From an uncultured Desulfobacterales bacterium (lineage in GTDB: Bacteria > Desulfobacterota > Desulfobacteria > Desulfobacterales > CAJINA01), in NCBI GenBank assembly GCA_964636125.1, contig CAZWPX010000004.1, positions 7,241 through 71,240 of the forward strand: a DNA stretch of 64,000 nucleotides, read 5' to 3'. This document shows positions 59,553-64,000 of the stretch, in pieces (position 1 is the stretch's first letter; each line of letters opens with the position of its first letter). Both the position numbers and the translations under genes were made by a program. Under the pieces are notes generated by a model that saw nothing but the letters and a program-made list of their open reading frames with translations, ran no database searches and was not told the origin of the DNA.

Positions 59553-60089
59553 ATGCCACTGGGTCTCAACCGGAACCTGGTATATCTTTTTGCGGCGGCG
59601 ACTGTCGCCGGGATCAGGAATCGCCTGCACGCGAAAAAGGCCGTCCGCGCCGGGAAATTAGACCTGGCGGGCCTGCTGGACGCCCTGGAAGCTTCTGAAT
59701 CTGCACACACCCGACGGTTTTTGATGTACCTGCGTGGCAAAACCAGCGACACCGACACTTACTTGGAAGACTATCAGGCGAGTAAAATTAACGATATTGC
59801 GCCACGCTATGCGGATATGGCCGCGCAGTATGCACAGGACGGTCAGGCCGGCAAGGCTGAAAACTTAAATCAATTCAAAAGCGTGGTCACCGCCCAGGCC
59901 CAATTGCTGGCCCGCTATCGAAATCCAGACGAAGCCCTGCCAAAGGCTGTTTACACCTGCCGAATTTGTGGTTTTGTGACCACCGCCAAACAGGAGGCCA
60001 ACTGCCCGGTCTGTAACGCGGTCAAAGAGAAGTTTGACCGCTTCGGACTCTCTCCGGCGGAAGGTGACGCTACTTCGCATTCCGGGTGA
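59553..60089 (+). CDS. rubrerythrin-like protein with C-terminal rubredoxin domain
   Basis: AGGAGG SD; four-helix ferritin-like pattern with one ExxH (ESAH); YTCRICG...CPVCNA. Confidence 0.75.
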   Translation: MPLGLNRNLVYLFAAATVAGIRNRLHAKKAVRAGKLDLAGLLDALEASESAHTRRFLMYLRGKTSDTDTYLEDYQASKINDIAPRYADMAAQYAQDGQAGKAENLNQFKSVVTAQAQLLARYRNPDEALPKAVYTCRICGFVTTAKQEANCPVCNAVKEKFDRFGLSPAEGDATSHSG

Positions 60090-60140
60090 CCTGATGCTAT
60101 TATAAAAGCGGCCAGACCCAATTTACAGGCTCGGAGGCTG

Positions 60141-60308
60141 CTATGACAGATCCAGAGTGTCCGTCGAGGTGTTGAGCATTTCCTGCTGGAACGCATGGGT
60201 CTGCTTCAGTTGTTCGGCCAGGGCCTGTTGTTTCAATTTGATTCGTTTACGGGACTGGGCTTCGGATTCACGGGTGACGGAGAATAGCAAGCGAAGTTTT
60301 TTCCACAT
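60141..60308 (-). CDS. possible small protein (55 aa)
   Basis: Hand-translated MWKKLRLLFSVTRESEAQSRKRIKLKQQALAEQLKQTHAFQQEMLNTSTDTLDLS*; AGGA SD; helical composition. Confidence 0.4.
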   Translation of the reverse strand: MWKKLRLLFSVTRESEAQSRKRIKLKQQALAEQLKQTHAFQQEMLNTSTDTLDLS

Positions 60309-60512
60309 ATCAAATTCCTAACTTCGCCCATTTGACGCTCGTTGCTGTAAGGCCTCATCCGATTGTCGGGGATCGGATTGCTCCTGGAGATACCAGGGAG
60401 CAGGAAAGCCGCCGGTTTGTTTCATTGCCACCGACGATACATCTGTATAGCACAATCGGCCTTTTTTTCAAACCCGGGTGGCAGGTTGAAGGTTATTTGT
60501 CGATCCTGGAGC

Positions 60513-60548
60513 AAAAAAGGGCTGCAGATTAGCTGCACGCCCTTTTTT
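60513..60548. terminator. intrinsic terminator, possibly bidirectional
   Basis: AAAAAAGGGCTGCAG...CTGCACGCCCTTTTTT downstream of the ORF at 60583-60768. Confidence 0.7.
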
Positions 60549-60582
60549 GATTTCATGTTTACTCAATCCGTTTGACCCACTC

Positions 60583-60768
60583 TCAACCTGGTTTCGACTT
60601 ACACGCCGTCACGCGGGTTTTACTTGCTTCCATAGCGCTGTCATAGCAGGCTTCCCGGACATCCCCTGGCTCAAATTCGGCATCGCATTTGGCCAGTTCA
60701 ACACTTAAATGGGTTCTTTCTTTAACGCTGCAATGATGGTCGTCCGTGAGTGTATTATCTTTTCCCAT
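60583..60768 (-). CDS. small Cys-containing hypothetical protein (61 aa)
   Basis: AAGGGAG SD; own terminator; four Cys. Confidence 0.5.
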   Translation of the reverse strand: MGKDNTLTDDHHCSVKERTHLSVELAKCDAEFEPGDVREACYDSAMEASKTRVTACKSKPG

Positions 60769-61084
60769 GACTGTTACTCCCTTCGTTCAGTACGATAGCA
60801 TTTCAGGTAGAGTTTTCCAGAGGCTGATGATCGCTTTTGCTCAGCGTGCCTTCATGATTTAAAATTAATTCCGGATGGGCCAATGTCAATATCAGGAGCC
60901 TGCCGAAAAACGTTTGAAAAACGCCCAGATGAGCCTGGCGGTGTCAAAATTATGTAGGGGATCTTCGGGCGGCAAGGCTGCCGTGAAGTAGGGGCCCGGC
61001 CATATATGTCCCCACTGCCTGTTTCAAAAACCAAATGTTGACGGCGGTATCTTGATAGGTGATTTTTCGTCTTGTTACGCATGT

Positions 61085-62461
61085 TTAGAAAAGTTTCAGA
61101 ATACGTTTGCGATCGTATTTTCCCGCAGCGGTGACCGGCATTTTTTCGATTGCCCGGATGATGCGCGGCCGGGCATAGGGCGCAAGGTTGATACTGATTG
61201 TCCGGCTGATCCTGTCAACCTGTAAATCTGTTTCCAACAATGCCAGAATCTCATTGCCGCGGCCGGTTTCAGTTGGTCTTGAAAAAACCAGGACATCCCG
61301 GATGCCGGCTATTTTTAACAGTGTGGTTTTGACCTCTTCCAAATCCACCCGTTTCCCGCCGACTTTGATGACGCCATCAGTGCGCCCGAGCAAGGTGAAA
61401 CGGCCGGATTCGCACGCGGCCACCCGGTCGGCCATCTCAAAATATCCGTGTTGATTGAGGGGTAGTTGCGGAGAGAGGAAACTCGAACGGACCCACAGCC
61501 GCTCATTTTTTATGCGCAGGTCAACACAGGCAAAGGGCGTGTGTCCGGTTTCGCCGGCTGCCAGACATTGAACGGCAATCCCTCCGGTTTCGGTTGACCC
61601 GTAGACGTCGTAGATGGGGACCCCGGTTTTCCGGGTAAACGTTTCCGCATCCGAAGCAAAAAGGGGGCTTGCGGAGGAAAAGGCCATGCGCAGCCGGGTT
61701 TTATGCGGGAGGTGATTGCGTATAGCCCGGTAGAGCGCGGGGACGGTCACGAGGACCGTAGCCTGGTTTTCTTCTATAGCGGTGATCATTTCACCCGGAA
61801 AAGAGGGCGTGGCCCTGATTATGCCCGCATTGGCCAGCAAAGGAACCAGGACCGAGTAGAGCAGTCCGTAAATGTGATAGGGCGGAGAGGTGGTCAGGAT
61901 ACGGTCGTCGGACGATATGGAAAATGCTTTTATCAGGTAGCCCGCTTCGCCAAGCAGGTTGCGGACTGTTTTAGTCCACAGCTGGGGGGTCCCCGTGGAG
62001 CCCCCTGTAAAAAGGTGTACCCAGGGTCTGTCCGGATCGATGGGGGGCTGTGGGGCTGGTATTGGGCTTTCCGGATCAAGTCGGGATATCTTGAGCGGGC
62101 GTGTGCCGGGTGGCAGTGGGTAGTCGGCGTCCACAACCGCCAGTTCGAAAGCGGTCAAACGATGCAGTTGACTCAGCACAGCTTTTGAATACGCATGCGG
62201 CATGACCAGGGATGGGCCCCCCTCCAGCGTTGCCAGCAGCGTGGCTGCTGCAAGGGTGCGATCCACGGTGCACAGGCAGATTGGGGGCGAAGTCCGGCTG
62301 GTCGCAACCGAAGCGTTCATGGTTGCCTTTAGGCGTCTTGACAGGGTGTAGAGGTCACCGTAACTGGTCCCCGGCAGGCTGAAGATCCGCTGCGCGGTGG
62401 CTGGACCCGCCACCAGTCGTGATGCAAGCTGGCTGATATTATTGGGGTGGTCAGATATCAT
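61085..62461 (-). CDS. AMP-binding acyl-CoA/acyl-ACP ligase
   Basis: LFTGGSTGTPQ, HIYG, YGSTETGG, GRTDGVIKVGGKRV, TAAGK. Confidence 0.88.
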   Translation of the reverse strand: MISDHPNNISQLASRLVAGPATAQRIFSLPGTSYGDLYTLSRRLKATMNASVATSRTSPPICLCTVDRTLAAATLLATLEGGPSLVMPHAYSKAVLSQLHRLTAFELAVVDADYPLPPGTRPLKISRLDPESPIPAPQPPIDPDRPWVHLFTGGSTGTPQLWTKTVRNLLGEAGYLIKAFSISSDDRILTTSPPYHIYGLLYSVLVPLLANAGIIRATPSFPGEMITAIEENQATVLVTVPALYRAIRNHLPHKTRLRMAFSSASPLFASDAETFTRKTGVPIYDVYGSTETGGIAVQCLAAGETGHTPFACVDLRIKNERLWVRSSFLSPQLPLNQHGYFEMADRVAACESGRFTLLGRTDGVIKVGGKRVDLEEVKTTLLKIAGIRDVLVFSRPTETGRGNEILALLETDLQVDRISRTISINLAPYARPRIIRAIEKMPVTAAGKYDRKRILKLF

Positions 62462-63276
62462 GGATTTTGAACCGCCTGCATTACAGGGCGTTTGATTACG
62501 GTTTCCAGCGGTGCGACGGCCAGACCCTTTTTACCGAGGCCGACAATGATGCGCTCCACTTCAATGAGCCAGCGGCCCGGTTCCTGCCCCCTGGACGGCA
62601 TCAGGTCATGCAGCACCAGGATGTCGTCAGGTCTGACGCGATCCAGGGTATACCGGGCCAGGTTTCGCAGGCGGCGGTTGCCCCCGTCAAAAGATCTGAA
62701 CCTGAAATTGACCGCGTACATGCCGAGCCGCGCCAGCACCAGTCCCAGGCCGGGTGTTGTTATCCCCACGGGAGGGCGAAACGCTATGGGCACAACCCCC
62801 AGGTTTTTAAGAACAGCCTGGGTGCGGGTGATTTCAGTTTGAATGGCATCCGGGCCGCGCAACATGGTAAAGGTGCTGTGGTGGTAAGAGTGATTGCCGA
62901 CGGTATGCCCATTATTGAGTATATCCGCTACTAATTCATGGTGTTCTGCCGCTTTTCGACCGGTTACAAAAAAAGTTGCCGGAAGATTGTTGCGTTTGAG
63001 AAGTGCCAGCAGAAGCGGGGTTGAACCGGGGTCGGGACCATCGTCAAAGGTCAGTGCCACGACCGGTTTCCCGGATGTCCCTTTACTGATCACCGGCAGA
63101 AAGAAACCCCCTGCAGGCAGAAAAGGGGCAACCAGGCAGGCGATCAGGAACATTGCCAGGGGAACTGTGGCCAGGTGAATATCGATGGCGCCCAGCAGGA
63201 CCGCCGCGGCAAAAGCCGCACCGCCGAACCATTCGGCCGGGGCCGGTGAGCGGGGGGGTACAGTTGTGATCATCAT
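62458..63276 (-). CDS. membrane-anchored polysaccharide deacetylase (NodB family)
   Basis: ALTFDDGP, ATFFV, GNHSYHH, FRPPVG, LVLHD. Confidence 0.88.
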   Translation of the reverse strand: MMITTVPPRSPAPAEWFGGAAFAAAVLLGAIDIHLATVPLAMFLIACLVAPFLPAGGFFLPVISKGTSGKPVVALTFDDGPDPGSTPLLLALLKRNNLPATFFVTGRKAAEHHELVADILNNGHTVGNHSYHHSTFTMLRGPDAIQTEITRTQAVLKNLGVVPIAFRPPVGITTPGLGLVLARLGMYAVNFRFRSFDGGNRRLRNLARYTLDRVRPDDILVLHDLMPSRGQEPGRWLIEVERIIVGLGKKGLAVAPLETVIKRPVMQAVQNP

Positions 63277-63286
63277 ATACGCACTT

Positions 63287-64000
63287 TCAACATTCTGGTT
63301 GCTTCGGCTGGGCGATGAACCAGTGCAGTTCTCCATGCCTTCCGGATGGCGAATGCTTTGCCAGGTTATATCCGGACACTGACAGGGTTGCGATCATCCG
63401 GTCCACACCCCGGTAATATGCGTGTGCCCGGCCAAGTCTCATCTTCAAATTTTCGAACCACCAGGCCCAGGGCCTGGGACGGACCGGCACCATGACAGAA
63501 CGAACGATCAGGCGGCCGCCCGGAGCAAGCTTATTCCGGATATTCCTGAAAGTCTGGCCCAGCGCTTCATCATCCAGAAAGTGATTCATGTCGAGCATAA
63601 CCGCCAGATCAGCTTTTCCCGGCGGGTTCGGTATCTGGGGCGCAGCCCCCTGGACGATACAGCCTTGAGCAGCCAGGGCAATGGCGGCCACGCGTACCCT
63701 GCCCGGGTCTGGTTCAATTCCAAAAACCCTGGCCGCCGGGTAGCGGCTCAAGAGCCAACTGGCCGGGACACCATAGCCGCATCCGACATCAATGATTGTA
63801 CCAATGCCTCCGTGGGGCGGCAGCAATTGATCCAATTCAGAGAACATAGGGTCGCAGCGCAGCTTAAACCGGGCGAACATCCGGGGGTAGGCTTCCATAT
63901 TCCGATAGCGTTGCGCTGGGTCTGTGATCGGTTCGGCCGCACTGGCGGCCGGGGTTTCAAATTTATTTTTTAACAGCGGCGGAAGGATAAAAAATGCGCC
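63287..64000 (-). CDS. C-terminal part of a large protein ending in a SAM-dependent methyltransferase domain; probable MMPL fusion, runs off the window
   Basis: IDVGCGYG SAM motif; frame stays open to 64000 (GAFFILPPLL..., resembling the last TM helix of MMPL/RND exporters). Confidence 0.7.
   Translation of the reverse strand, partial: GAFFILPPLLKNKFETPAASAAEPITDPAQRYRNMEAYPRMFARFKLRCDPMFSELDQLLPPHGGIGTIIDVGCGYGVPASWLLSRYPAARVFGIEPDPGRVRVAAIALAAQGCIVQGAAPQIPNPPGKADLAVMLDMNHFLDDEALGQTFRNIRNKLAPGGRLIVRSVMVPVRPRPWAWWFENLKMRLGRAHAYYRGVDRMIATLSVSGYNLAKHSPSGRHGELHWFIAQPKQPEC

Noticed and set aside
60790-60850. Glycine-riboswitch-like CTCTGGAAA on the - strand
   Set aside because: The other conserved elements (CCGAAG, CTCAGG) are missing.

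Overview
Chromosomal window from a sulfate-reducing Desulfobacterota bacterium, most like Desulfobacterales (inferred from gene content and order). 1.7-21.6 kb is a respiratory supercluster, all on the + strand. It carries a complete hmcABCDEF operon (16-heme HmcA; the 43-aa hmcD is absent from the ORF track), led by an Rrf2 regulator, and a tmcDCBA operon. Between and around these are five two-component proteins, a universal stress protein and an unusual HTH/Cys-rich/PAS-like regulator. Next come prpE, nrdDG with tandem NrdR boxes, and a proC-mauE/doxX-ccdA-thioredoxin unit. Divergent from proC is a four-gene unit under a perfect palindromic operator: a multi-Fe-S flavoprotein, a DAO-family subunit, an aldehyde:ferredoxin oxidoreductase and a ThiS/MoaD protein. 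This unit is the best candidate for an uncharacterised pathway. A housekeeping block follows: yggT, divIVA, pilT and a paralog, coaX, an orphan cdaR with no cdaA, folP, ftsH, tilS, a large Alu-type SRP RNA, grpE and dnaK. The variable right end has an IHF subunit, a radical SAM protein, orphan ilvN, orphan eutA, an AraC regulator, a degenerate rubrerythrin and the tail of an aryl-polyene-like lipid cluster. Intergenic DNA holds a family of 150-190 bp ERIC-like miniature inverted-repeat elements, several sitting on stop codons, plus a 26-bp element nested inside other repeats. No CRISPR array, rRNA, tRNA or transposase was seen. Family assignments come from motif recognition only; no database searches were run.
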